Shown here in pieces: positions 51,688-63,850 of a stretch of DNA of 64,000 nt (position 1 is the stretch's first letter; each line of letters starts with the position of its first letter). The notes beneath the pieces were generated by a model. It was not told where the DNA came from, searched no databases, and saw nothing but the letters and a program-made list of their open reading frames with translations. Origin of the DNA: Podarcis pityusensis (taxonomy: Eukaryota); NCBI GenBank assembly GCA_964106645.2, contig OZ067039.1. One strand, given 5' to 3'. The translations under genes and the position numbers were made by a program.

Positions 51688-53332
51688 ACTCTCTTTCCCT
51701 AAATGTCTGTTTCTTTCCATTTCATGCACAGTTTTAAAGCAGCTTCCTTCCCCAGAATGAACTTCTAAGTCATGAATCATTTTGTACTTGGAATCAACAA
51801 GAAAGGCATCCTGGCAACCTTAAGGGACTCCATCATGATTTTAAATGGGTGGAGAACCTGAGGCTAAGGGGACTCAGCGCAGCTCTCCAGGTCTCTCTCT
51901 TTAGCCTTTGGGACTCCCCCCAGTCCACACACACTCTGGCCCAGCTTCTCATCCTCCTCTACTAGTTTTTGACTGTCTGAAATGTGTCCTTGAATTCTTA
52001 TAGCTCCTCTTGCATGAATGAAGGACAGAGAGGGGCTGCATATATATGTGGAAGCTAGCCTACTGTCCAAAGGTAAAGTTCACATTTGTTGTTCCACCCA
52101 CATTTTGCCTCTGCCCATTGTCTCTGCTGCCCATCCCCAGAGGTCGCCCAGGAGGGAATGATGTGACCCATAGGCTAATAAAGGCTTCCCACTCCTGATC
52201 TAAAAGATTGATATTTCAGAGGTAGGAAGTGCTGAGAGATCTGACAAACTTGAAGCTTGGAATAAGTAAGTAGTATTAATTATTAAAATTTCTATACTGT
52301 CCTTCACCCAAGGATCACAGGACAGTTTACAATATGAGAAAACAAAATGTGTAACGTAACAAGCAGAAGAGAGTAGCAAGTGGTGAATGCATTAATTTGA
52401 GCAATATCTGTTTTGTCATTCAAAGAAGAAGGGTAACTGATAATTTGAAGATGGAGGGGAAATCATATTTGGTCTTTGGGCTGTACAGAGGCCTCCAAGC
52501 AGTTTACAGTTAAAACTAACGTAGCAGTTTCTGGGTGCAACGTTAAATCATGCAAATTGACTATTGGAACGTAATGTGCTGAATACATTTGCCACATGTC
52601 ATCTGTCGTAAACTTGGGAAACGGTGACCTGTTGGCCTGTCCCCTGCATTTGTTTAACATGTAGAGTACAAATGCTAAAATTGTCATAGAGGTGAGACTC
52701 AACTTACATGGGAGTTATGTTCTGGGGATGAATCAAGCCAGAATCATGGATAGTCCATTTGCCTTACCTGGAGACAGCTGAAAATTGCTGAGGCGAACAG
52801 TGATGCAGCAGAAGAACCACTCACAAAATGGAAGCAGAGTTTGATAATTACTGGTGATGGTTTTTACTGATACCTAATCCATGTTAGAAAATTGACTAAA
52901 TTCTTTGCTGAAGCATTTTTTCTGCGACTAGGAGCTCATCTTTCCTCAAGTTCAGTACATTTGCTTTGGAGGTTTTGTGACTCAGCCTGCCCATTTTAGG
53001 CAGAATTTGCTGAATCAGAATCAAAATGCAGAAAGCTTATTCTTTTATATCTTCCCCTCCCCACCTCCACATTCTTCTCAAAAGTATTTTTACCCTTCTC
53101 CTATAATTTCTTCCCCCATCCTTCTTCAGCTTTCTTTTCAAACCAGCCAGTTATTTCATTTCTCCTATCTGGGCCTTTTACATTTGCTACGTCTTCCTAT
53201 CACAGCCTTCCTCTCTTATCCTTTTTCTTTTCTGTTCTTGACTTGGAGTCAAATCCCTGCTCAGCTGTGAAGCTCACTTAGAACCCTTTCAAGAAGGACT
53301 GGTTTCTCAGCTTTACCTACTGCACCGGGTGC

Positions 53333-53800
53333 TAGAATCAAAGAGCTGGAAGAGCATCAAAGTGCATTTAGTGTTGATGAAGGGACCCCACAACAGCAGC
53401 ATCTGAGATAGCGTAAAAACTGCTTAAAAACCTGTAATAGATGAGAGTCCACCTTCTGAGGCAGTCCACTGTCCACTGTCAAAACAGTTCAGGACGTTCT
53501 TCCTAATGTTTGTAATTTAAACCCATTGTTTTGGGTCACATACTCTGGAGCAACAAACCTGCTCCATCTATGTGGCAACCTGTCAAATATGTAATGTCCG
53601 CTCTGCCCCACACAGCCAAACCAGATCCTTCAACCTTCCCTCATCAGCCTTGGTCTCAGGCTCACTCATCATCTTTATTGCCCTCTTCCTTAAATTGTAG
53701 CGCCCTGTTCCTCAGGTGAAGTGACCAAAGCATTCTAGAGTGGTGCCATTACTCCTGAATGGGACACCGAAACTCCTGTTGATGCAGCTCAGGGTTGCAT
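53333..53800 (-). mobile_element. Old CR1 LINE fragment
   Basis: TAGAATCAAAGAGCTGGAAG... tail, followed by CR1 ORF2-like minus-strand sequence (GTTCTTCCTAATGTT, ACTCCTGTTGATGCAGC). Boundaries approximate. Confidence 0.5.
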
Positions 53801-54782
53801 TATTACTTTCACATAAGCCTCAAGGCAATTTGCAGTTATACAATAAAAACAAAATAGATTTTAAAACGACATCCCCCCAGGCTTAAAAAAAATACAAATA
53901 AACCTCCAATGTACAGATCCATTTGCTTGCTGTTTTTTTCCAAAAAAGAATCCCAACCCATTTGGAAACGCTTGTCTTTTTAGCCACTGCATTGAACTCT
54001 GACTCCAGTTTAGCTTGTGGTTTGCTAAAACCCTTGCTTGTTTTCCCATGTACTGTACATTTAGACTAAAATTCCTCACTGGGCTCTTTGAAGACTGTTT
54101 TAACATAAATGCAGTACTGTATGTTAAAACGTTTACAATTTGTGGCGAGGCTAATGTATCTGATTTAGTAACAGTCTGAACCACATATTATTGAAGACAA
54201 CACGAGCTGCCCTACTGAGCCAGATCATCCGTTTATTAGGATCTGATTCTTGTAGGAAGAAGGATGCTAGGCTGAATGGACTCAGGACAGGAAGACCTTG
54301 ATCACATGATACAGATTCAATTATGCTAGCAGAAGCCAGTGCAAGGACTTGTCACTAGCACAGGGCTTTGCCCCACTCCAGAACAGCAGGCAGGAGGAGG
54401 AGAGGAGACTGTTCCATTGCGCAAGCAGAACTCCTTACTCTGGGTTGTATGCCACATGGCGCTCTCTCTCCTTCCTACCATGAGCTCTCTTGTTCACACT
54501 TCCAGCTAGCCAGTCAGCTTTGCCCTCCCTCCAGGATATGCCATTCCTTTGCTCCTCGCATATATTTCACATTTTTCATTTCCGTCTGACAACAACAAGG
54601 GAGCATGCTCTGTCCTCACTGAGCTAGGTATTGATGGGGAAGAGGGGATCCCCTTTAGATTTTATATTTAAATGATATTTTTGTACATTTGCAGATTTCA
54701 GCCGAGCACGCTCAACCTCCCTCTTGTTTCTTGGTCACTCTGCTTTGGTTCCCACCATCTTGAATTCAAGATGGTGGGAACC

Positions 54783-55270
54783 AAAGCAGAGACATCACCT
54801 TGCCAACAAAGGTCTGTATAGTTAAAGCCATGGTTTTCCCGGTAGTGATGTATGGAAGTGAGAGCTGGACCATAAAGAAGGCTGATCGCCGAAGAATTGA
54901 TGCTTTTGAATTATGGTGCTGGAGGAGACTCTTGAGAGTCCCATGGACTGCAAGAAGATCAAACGCATCCATTCTTAAGGAAATTAGCCCTGAGTGCTCA
55001 CTGGAAGGACAGATCGTGAAGCTGAGGCTCCAATATTTTGGCCACCTCATGAGAAGAGAAGACTCCCTGGAAAAGACCCTGATGTTGGGAAAGATAGAGG
55101 GCACAAGGAGAAGGGGACGACAGAGGACAAGATGGTTGGACAGTGTTCTTGAAGCTACCAGCATGAGTCTGACCAAACTGCGGGAGGCAGTGGAAGACAG
55201 GAGTGCCTGGCGTGCTCTGGTCCATGGGGTCACGAAGAGTCGGACACGACTAAACGACTAAACAACAACA
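54783..55270 (+). mobile_element. BovB (RTE-clade LINE) 5'-truncated copy, young
   Basis: Uninterrupted RT C-terminal ORF 54800-55261 (YGSESWTIKKADRRRIDAFELWCWRRLLRVPWTARRSN...); (CAA)n tail; perfect 12-bp TSD ATCTTGAATTCA at 54757-54768 and 55271-55282. Confidence 0.95.
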
Positions 55271-56619
55271 ATCTTGAATTCAGGACACCGATGTGAAGAA
55301 TAAGAGCTTTAAATAAACCTGGGCTTTGAACACACCTGCTTCCGTGTACTTCCATGTGAGCAGTTCAAATGGTCCCATTCTCAAGTTTGCTTTTGAAAAA
55401 TAACCTTGGAGCGCAGCTCCGTTTAGCCCATAACTTTGCAAAGGTACAAAGGTCCAGTTAACATGTTGCACTCCACCATTTACAATCAAATATAATATAG
55501 TAGCAATTTGTTACACCTTCACAATACTTTTAAGACCGAGAGCCTTGTGTTCCTAGCATGTTAGTTATATGACATATATATCTTGGGAACTCTAGTTTAT
55601 TCCTCGGTATTACAATACCCAGTTCCCTTAAACTGCAGTTCCTAAGATTATTTGGGGGAAGAGTTATGTGCTTTAAATGTATGCTGTGTATGCCACCCTG
55701 TATGAGACCCCACAAAACTTCCTCTGTTCCACTACCACTGTATTGTCCAGCAATTTAGGTCAACTCTCTGCTTTCTGTCTGGCTTAATATTTTCTCCTTC
55801 CCTCCCTTCCTCCCTTCCATGTCTGCAAATGAAAAGGCAAAGGCCAATGTAGCCCCACCCATCCGCGGACCCAGAAGTGTATCAGGCATTGGCAAGGAGG
55901 GACTGACAACTGTTTTTGCAAGAAAGGAAGGAATAGAGAGACTCCATGGCCAATTTGGGGGTGGGGGTGGGGGGAGGGAAGAGAGGCTATGAACCTCAAT
56001 AATAAAAAGCAGGGCTGGCTTGACGTTTAATCTTCCATAATTAAACACTTCTGCAGTAGAGAACTCTGCTCACTCAGACATACTTTCCAGAAATGACTAT
56101 GCCACATTCTTATGTACGAGTAGTAAACAAAGTTTATAAGAGAGAGAGAAATTCCATGGATGAGATAGAGGGGGAGGGAGTGAAACAAATCATAACATGG
56201 GATTTCTAGTCTAATATAAAACGATTGTATGCAAACTAACCAGTTTTGGGTTACTGAGTTTTCAAAGGCAAGGAGGTTCCTGTGAAATTCTTTTCTCTAA
56301 AGGTGTTGGATTTATTATTAATCAAATTTATATACTGCCCTAAACCCGCAGGTCTCAGGGCGGTTCACAGGAGTAATCCATACCGTGATTCCCCCAGGAA
56401 GAGACATGGCCAGTAAAAAGTTAATAGGAGGTTTGACCCCCTTTGGAGTGGCAGGGATCAGGTGAGCCCCTGTGGGAGCACCCTCGGGCCAGTCTTGAAA
56501 AGCCATGAGGCTACTTAACTTTGGGTGTCTGAGGAGTCTGCAACACTTACTGTAGGTTCTCATCTGGAAAATGTTTTATGTTCTATATTCAGTTGTAGGA
56601 TGATGGGGATGATGATAAT

Positions 56620-57090
56620 AATTATTATTATTTATATCCCGCCATAACCAGGCTAAGGGCGGCTAACATCAAAATATAAATACATTAAAACATAAAATTC
56701 AGCAATTGACTGAAATACAGCTTAAAATTGGATTAAAATCAAATAAGATCAGAAGGCAACCGGCAAATTATGACTATAGGGGTTGGGAACCTTAGGTACA
56801 CACCAGGCTCAGCTATTTATATGAACCGGTGAGAGGAATTAGAGAGACCTATTATATGTAGGGTCTTGTAGGAGGAGAGGGGTCAGACTGGGCCCTGACA
56901 AAAGTCCTGGCGGAACAGCTCTGTCTTACAGGCCCTGTGGAGAGATGTCAAGTCTTTCGCAGCAGGGTGTTCCACCAGGCTGGGGCCAGGGCCGAAAAGG
57001 CCCTGGCTCTGGTTCGAGGCCAGCCTAACCCCCTTGAGGCCCGGGTCCTCCCAAGATGTTATTGTTTGCAGACTCTAGGGTCCTCCCTAG
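56620..57090 (-). mobile_element. L2-like LINE 3' fragment
   Basis: (ATT)n TTTATATCCCGCC...AGGGCGGCTAAC tail, plus ORF2-like GGTGTTCCACCAGGCTGGGGCCAGGGCCGAAAAGGCCCTG. A second short tail lies at about 56312-56370. Confidence 0.6.
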
Positions 57091-57369
57091 GGCATACCAG
57101 GTACTCCTGTTGGAAATCTAGTGAATCTAGTTACAACCACTTGTGCAATCCCTTATCCAGACTTTCTCCAACCCAGTCTTAATGGTAACCAAGCACTGCC
57201 CAGTGGTCTTCCATGCACCTTATGCAATGGACAGCATGCAACGTATAGTCCGCAGCATGCTTATGCTACCCTTATATTGATTGCTTTTGCTACGACAGAC
57301 TTCCGCAGCTGCTCTGTTCAGGAGGTGTAGGATGGGGCAGTGCATTCTGAGGCCTGCTGCTGCCTTTGT

Positions 57370-57720
57370 CTGTGGCCTTGGATGAATCACCTGGGTTACG
57401 TTTATCCCTCCCTGCGTCAGGCTTGTTCGTTTTTTTCCAGAAGGCCTTGGAGTCTGCCAGAGCATTCTGGGAAAGATGAACATCTTGTAAACAGGCAGCC
57501 TGTGGCCTTGGAGCTGCGTGCAGCCCTCTCTGCCTAATTTCTACCCAGGTGCTTGGCAGGCAGGTAGAAAGAGAGGCCTGCTCCTCCTGCTTTTTGGGTT
57601 CTGTCCTGTCCATCTGACAGGATCTCTTGCAAAGGAGTAGCGGCACTTGACAGGCAATGATACCTTCCCTGCCTGCTGGTATAAAAGGGCGAGTTACCTC
57701 AGGCCTCCTTGTCGCGACTG
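57370..57720 (+). promoter_or_regulatory. Putative TGFBR3L promoter: TATA box with NR5A1 (SF-1) motifs
   Basis: TATAAAAG at 57680-57687; TGGCCTTGG (reverse complement CCAAGGCCA, NR5A consensus) at 57373-57381 and 57503-57511; near-match AGGCCTTGG at 57442-57450. Confidence 0.5.
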
Positions 57721-58503
57721 GAACTCCTCTGCTTCCCTGTTGCCTCTTCTCTGTCCCCTGGTTAGTGATCTGTTAAAGCCAGGACAGATACCAGGAACGT
57801 CTCCTTCCTGGCCCTACCTCACTGGGGTGGTAGGCAGGTCACGCTGACCCAGATTTCAGCATAGCATACCTGCCGGTGCCTCTCAGGAAGTCTCCTCCTC
57901 TGCCTGCGTTAATCATAAATCCACCCCAATCTCCTTGGTAACCCAAGCGGGGGCTTGCCTTGTGTTTCTCACTCTGTGGGACATCCTTCGGGGTGAAGGT
58001 CGCTTGCTTGATGGCTCCCTGCTTGAGGGGGGGGAGCCATCTCCCCGCTACAGGGAGGGGGTGATGAACCTGCCACTCGCACGGTGAGTTCCTGGGATCT
58101 GACAAGGGAGGAGAGACAGACAGACACACAAAGAGAGGGAAAGGGAGCGGATGCTTCTTCTTGTAAGTCTCTGCTTTCTTAATACCTTTCCTCCACTGCT
58201 GAATTCCCTTAGAAATAAACAGCTTGCCACATAAACCATGCCCTCCTCCCCTCTCACTTGTAACTTGACCCTCCTTGTGGGCCTAGAGTTATTTTTAACC
58301 TCCCATTGACCCGCATAACTTTTTTATTATTGTTGTTCATTAAACTATGCCAGTCTGGAGATAGGAGGCCTTGAATTGGCTCACGGTTTCTGCATCCCCT
58401 GGATTAAGCGCTGCGAGTCCTCCCACTTGCTTCCTGTCCTTCAGTTCAGGTAGCACTTTATCCAACCTCCTCCTCCTCTATTTTTCTCCTAACCTGCATC
58501 TAG

Positions 58504-58537
58504 ATCCACTGGCAGTGGGAGAGCTCTGCTGGGCAAG
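58504..58537 (+). other. Candidate small 5'UTR exon of TGFBR3L
   Basis: Branch-like CTAAC (58489), acceptor CTAG|, perfect donor AAG|GTAAGT. A candidate first-exon donor ACG|GTGAGT lies upstream at 58084. Confidence 0.45.
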
Positions 58538-59730
58538 GTAAGTGTTCCTCTGGCATTCCCTCTCCACATTCGGGAGCTTGGCTTGCTGGGAGGTGGAACA
58601 CGTCCTGGAAACTTTTAATTACAGCCAGTCTAATCCTGTAACACTGAATCTTGCTGTCTCAATGCATCCTTCTTTTAAAACAGAGCCATAAAGGTGGGAG
58701 GGAAGTTTTTGTGGGAAACTTGAGACAGGAGGGAAGAACGCCTTTTTGACTGACAGAAGTTGGGACCAGAAGGTGAGGGAGAGTAAGTTGCCTTCAGAGA
58801 AAGATTGCAGATCGAGTCTATAGAACTGAAGAAGCAAGTGTTGGGCAAAATCCTTCTGGCTAGAGACAGATCATCACAGTGGATAATACTGAGCAAAGTG
58901 GACCGATGATCTGGATTAGGCTCACACATCTTCCCATTTTCAAGGAGTAGAAGCTATTAGATAGTAAACAATTTGGAATCAGGGTAAGCTCTGGGGTCCC
59001 CAATGTGTCATTCATGATCATCATAGTGCCCTCCTCTTGGTGCCAGCCAAGATCCCCTGACCCCATTTTTTTAAAGAAATTGAGGCTTTTTGTGATGAGG
59101 AGAGTGGGGTTTTTTTGCGGGGGAGACATTGCCTGCTTTTTGTGTCACTTTTATTTCTTTTGAGTGGGTAGGTGTTTAGTCTGGTTTCTGGGGATGAGGG
59201 AGGGGTGTCTGAGCATCACCCATTTTTCTTCAGTGAAACGGGTATTCTTAGATTTCTGACTGTGCTCAGATTGAAAAGGTTGGAGACCTGGCTATATGCT
59301 ATACCCTTTCACTTTGTGGTGTTAATCGGAAGGGTGGCCACCACCTTCCCCTCTGCTTACAATTGCAGAAGCACCCACTGCACCAAAATGAAGTCCTTCC
59401 ACCACCCCATCCTGCTATGATTGCGCATATGACAGGATAGTTGAAGGAATGTATAATCCGTATTAAGGGACACTGAGTATGGTCTGTATGCTTGTTTCTG
59501 TAGCAGATAGATCAGGAACGGAGAGAGGAAATGTTGAAGTTCTGTCCCAAAATCCAAACCACAAATTGACTGGTATGAGGTCAATTGAGGGCTGGAAAGT
59601 GTTTCCAAGTAGCTCAGAGGTCGTGCGACGGCATTCCCTTCAACTCCTGTGCTTTCTTGCCCTGGCTTTGCTTTCTTTCCTAGGGTGGAACAAGAGGGAA
59701 ATCACAGGTTTTCTTTGGGTTCTGAACACC

Positions 59731-59815
59731 ATGCATAGAAACTGCCTGCATATCGATCACCTATGGAGACAGTACCTCCTCCTGCTGCTTGTCGTCTGGG
59801 GGTGCTCTGGGACAG
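59731..59815 (+). CDS. TGFBR3L: TGFBR3L first coding exon, signal peptide (MHRNCLHIDHLWRQYLLLLLVVWGCSGT)
   Basis: Exon acceptor TTTCCTAG| at 59683; ACCATG context; hydrophobic core plus small-residue cleavage region. The phase-1 donor CAG|GTAAAG joins the next exon in frame. Confidence 0.75.
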
Positions 59816-60180
59816 GTAAAGTCTAACAGAGCGGCTATTGTAAACATTTAAATGGGCTGCACAATAATTATCCACACCAAAGGTGTAAAACGTTTTGCTA
59901 AAACAAAACAAAACAAAAACATTATTGTAGGGGAGCTGTCCAGGATACATTGCTGTATGTATCCTGAAGTGTACATGTAAAAAAGAAATTAGCAGTCTTA
60001 AAATACATTTTTCTTTGAAACCTTGAATGTAGAGCAGGTCTTTCAACTTTGCTAAATAGACATGTGTGCGCTCACACAGAGCCATTTGGACTTGTCAAAT
60101 TTTCTTCCCTTGCAGCAGAATAGATAGATGAAGTTGTCAGAGTATAAATGTATTCAATGGGGTTTTATACTAGGGGTTTC

Positions 60181-60564
60181 AGGGACGTGGGTGGTGCTGT
60201 GGTCTAAACCACTGAGCCTATTGAGCTTGCCGATCGCAAGATTGGCCGTTCAAATTCACACAATGGGGTGAGCTCCCATTGCTCTGTTCTGGCTCCTGTC
60301 AACCTAGCAGTTCGAAAGCATGCCAGTGCAAGTAGATAAATAGGTACTGGTGCGGCGGGAAGGTAAATGGCATTTCCATGTGCTCTGGTTTCTGTCACAG
60401 TGTTCCATTGTGCCAGAAACAGTTTAGTCATGCTGGTCACATGACACAGAAAAGCTGTCTGCGGACAAACGCCAGCTCCCTCAGCCTGAAAGCAGAGATG
60501 AGCGCTGCACCCCAAAGTCAAATTCGACTGGATTTAACCATTCATGGGTCCTTTACCTTTACCT
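60181..60564 (+). mobile_element. Sauria SINE, full length
   Basis: GGGACGTGGGTGGTGCTGTGGTCTAAACCACTGAGCC head, AGTAGATAAATAGGTAC core, (ACCTTT)n tail; 13-bp TSD TACTAGGGGTTTC (60168-60180 / 60565-60577). Confidence 0.92.
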
Positions 60565-61078
60565 TACTAGGGGTTTCCCAATTCTGCATGATGCTTCTGA
60601 TGCCCCTTTGTCCTGCTTCTCTTTATTGGATGTACCTTCAGTGAGCAGCTTGGATTTACAGAGTGTCCTTCATTCTGTACCTGCTTATTTTTCACAGGAT
60701 GCAATTTCAGTTCCTTGATAACCAAGTGCACACAGCTAAGGGCACTTTTAATCTCCAGCTCGGCACTCAGTATTTGTTTTTGACATTGATTACCATAGGG
60801 CAGGTAGATGCTGCCTGTGGGTTGTTTATAGCACAGAGGCTGTTAAGCTATCTGCTGAATTCATAGCCAGCCGACCATGGTTGCTTCCTATAAAGAGAAG
60901 AGCCCAGGCTTCCAAAGTTGACCAGGAGTCATAGTTTCTGTTCTGAATGGTGAGGGGAAGGCACTCTGCACTTGCTGTAAGGTACTTCTGCTGTTTCTTC
61001 ACATTCCCAAATTGGGGGGAAAACATCCACGTTGAACATTCCTGCAACTGTACTTTGGTATCTGGTACAGCTCTCTGT

Positions 61079-61433
61079 GGGATGTGGGTGGCACTGTGGG
61101 TTAAACCACAGAGCCTAGGACTTGCCGATCTGAAGGTTGGCAGTTCAAATCCCTGCAACGGGGTGGCTCCCGTTGCTTGGTTCCTGCTCCTGCCAACCTA
61201 GCAGTTTGAAAGCACATCAAAGTGCAAGTAGATAAATAGGTACTGCTCTGGCGGGAAGGTAAACTGCGTTTCCATGCGCTGCTCTGGTTCGCCAGAAGCG
61301 GCTTAGTCATGCTAGCCACATGACCCGGAAGCTGTACGCCGGCTCCCTCGGCCAATAAAGCGAGATGAGAGCCGAAACCCCAGAGTCCGCCACGACTGGA
61401 CCTAATGGTCAGGGGTCCCTTTACCTTTACCTT
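61079..61433 (+). mobile_element. Sauria SINE, full length (different subfamily body)
   Basis: Same head, core and tail; 13-bp TSD TACAGCTCTCTGT (61066-61078 / 61434-61446). Confidence 0.92.
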
Positions 61434-61984
61434 TACAGCTCTCTGTTCCTTTCTCATGGTGCCAGAGCATATTCTTTCACATGGAATGTTAAGGCAAGTT
61501 GAGTTGGTAGAATCCTCATGTGCTAAATGGAATTGTACCATTTCAGGCTGCAGATGGTGTGTGTGTGTGTCTTTTTTAAACCCCTCCCCCCTAAAGCTGT
61601 CTGTGTGTAAAATTCTAGTACACTGAGGAGAAAGAATTAGCTCCCTGGGGCAACTTAATAACTCTGCCCAGAAGCATAGGCAGAAACGAGAGAGCTCAGG
61701 CCAGGCAGCTCCTGAGGTTGCCCTGAGAATATTTGGTAGCTTTTGTTCCTTCCAGTATTTTAAATTGAAAATTGCCTTGGTAGAAAGGCAACAAACCAGC
61801 CCAGCCTGCTCCCTACTGTGTTAGCTTTCCTATTACAAGGAACTTTTTACGTTGTAGTCTCAGAATAGTATATAGTCTGGTCTGCCACCACATTCTCACT
61901 CCGTCTTATTGTTGTGTATGTAATGTGTAGCCCCCGTGCAGGGCTAGCAGCTTCCCTGTAATTATTTAATTCGTAAAATGAATG

Positions 61985-62105
61985 GTCAGTGGTTAGAGCA
62001 CCTGCTTTGCATGAAGTAGGTCCCAGCTTCATTTCCCAGCATCTTCAGGTAGGACTGAGGTTGTCCCTAGAGAGCTGCAGCCAGTCAGTGCAAAAGACAA
62101 TGCTC
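61985..62105 (+). mobile_element. tRNA-derived SINE fragment (Squam3-like)
   Basis: TCAGTGGTTAGAGCACCTGCTTTGCATGAAG...CAGCATCTTCAGGTAGG...GCTGCAGCCAGTCAGTG. Confidence 0.5.
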
Positions 62106-62801
62106 TCATCTTCATAATGAAAACAGACTCTAAATAATAATTCTCTTTAATAGGGTTGAGTGCCAAACATGACCACTGAAAAACAAGAGGAGTGCCATCA
62201 ACATGCCCAGGAGAAACGGGGGGGGGGGGATGGAACTAAAAGGGAGGAACCCCCCCCCAAAAAAACCCCACTTTCCCACCCAGCAAAGGCTCTACATGCT
62301 GAGTATCCTTTGGAAAAGGAATTTAAAGGGAAGGAGGAGACTGAGCCCCTTACAGTTTATAGTATCTTGGTGGAGGGAATAGCTGACTGAAAAAGAAACA
62401 CTTTTTTCCCTTGTACAACTTGTACAATCTAAAAATAAGCCAGTAAGCCATTGTTAGGAGCAATTCACAGTGACCCTCCCCCCTCAGTGTGGGGACCATG
62501 AAATGCACACCAATCCATTTCTGTCCCATCATACCAGTTCCCCCAGAGTTTCCTTGTTTTATTTTTCCCTTCATCATCCTCAGTCATTGGCCAGATATTC
62601 CATATTTTTTGTTTCTCAAATACAGAATGAATTATAAAAAAAAAAAAAAAGGAAAAAAAGTTAAGCTGGTGTATCATTTTGAGCTCAGGCACCTGAGCAC
62701 TTTGTGTTTTGGGAGAAAGGGGATGCCAAATGTACAGAGTTTTGGAAACTACTTTTCTGAAACCCCATTTCTTCCAGCATTGCTCTTCTCCTCCCCTGCA
62801 G

Positions 62802-62974
62802 CCACCTGGCACCATCTTGCTTGCCTCCCCATGTCTGCCTCTACCCCACATCCCGTCCTCGGCTTCTGGGAATCACTGCGAAAAGGCACCGGATGCACCA
62901 GCCGGGGCCGCTCTACCCTGGGGCAAGAAGTCCATGTCATCAGCCTGAAGAAGGGATTGCCGGCAAATGGCCAG
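62802..62974 (+). CDS. TGFBR3L: TGFBR3L coding exon 2, betaglycan orphan-domain start (ATWHHLACLPMSASTPHPVLGFWESLRKGTGCTSRGRSTLGQEVHVISLKKGLPANGQ)
   Basis: Aligns to TGFBR3 CELSPVSASHPVQALMESFTVLSGCASRGTTGLPQEVHVLNLR; phase 1 in, phase 0 out. An alternative in-frame acceptor lies at 62777. Confidence 0.85.
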
Positions 62975-63398
62975 GTATGGGAGATCCCCATCCATACCAC
63001 CTTCCCATGTATGAGGCTGTATGATGGGTCTTGCTACAGCTCCATTGGATACCCAAACAAGATGGCCGTTCAGCTTGGCACTACAGTTCAAGGTGTCTCA
63101 GTCAGTCAAAAAGGCAAAACTCCATTTCAGTCACTTCTTCACAGTTGTCAGGGCCTCTCTTAAGTCACAGAAGCGTTAGGTTAGCCAAGTTGTGAGAAGC
63201 AAAGAGGAACACTCTTGCGCAGGGCCTGCTTAGTGCTGGGGGTGGGAACATGCCTCACCTGCTGAACATCCAAGGGGTAAGTTGCTAGGCCGCCTTTGGT
63301 GGTATATCCTACCTTCTCTGGTTCTTTTCCAATCCCTTCTCCATTTCGCTCTTTGATCATGCATGGAGAAGGTACCTGTCCCCTTGATCCTCTTTCAG

Positions 63399-63518
63399 GT
63401 AACTCTGATAACTCTGGACCCAGATCCCCACGACAGAGGCCCCATCTTTGTGCTGTATTCCCGGAAGCCTGTGCATTGGGTGTTGCTGTCTCCCCCTGGA
63501 AAAAACTGGACCTTCCAG
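63399..63518 (+). CDS. TGFBR3L: TGFBR3L coding exon 3 (VTLITLDPDPHDRGPIFVLYSRKPVHWVLLSPPGKNWTFQ)
   Basis: Aligns to TGFBR3 VTLHLNP...VVFLLNSPHPLVWHL; TTTCAG| and CAG|GTGAGA; 120 nt. Confidence 0.85.
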
Positions 63519-63737
63519 GTGAGATGGGATAGAGGGCCAAAGGGCCTAGAGAACATCATGGGGATCACTGAGGGGGTCGTTGGAGTCCCTGCTCTATGCA
63601 AGCATAGAAGATGAGTGGCAGCTATGGGAAGGGTGGATGGAAAAGCTAATTTGCTACCTCCACAGCACTTTTACAAAATACTTTCAGATCTAGCTCTGTT
63701 TGTCTTCAGAAGCATCTTGTGTAGTAAGTTCCTATTC

Positions 63738-63850
63738 TTCCCATTTTACAGATGGGGGAAATTGAGGCTGAGGGAGGCTTGCCTAAGGCCACCCAGTGAG
63801 TCTGTGGCTGAGGTGGAACTTGAACCCAGATCTCCCAGATTAAAGTGCAG
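63738..63850 (-). mobile_element. MIR/CORE-SINE fragment
   Basis: CCCATTTTACAGATGGGGGAAATTGAGGCT...TTGCCTAAGGCCAC...GAACTTGAACCCAG. Confidence 0.7.

Noticed and set aside
54766-55233. 155-aa minus-strand ORF
   Set aside because: Antisense frame of the BovB fragment.
61985-62060. tRNA gene
   Set aside because: A-box-like head without a complete cloverleaf, continuing into a SINE body; same for 4680 and 12472.
62489-63163. 224-aa ORF as a standalone gene
   Set aside because: Only 62802-62974 has betaglycan similarity and splice boundaries; the rest is read-through intron including a poly-A run.
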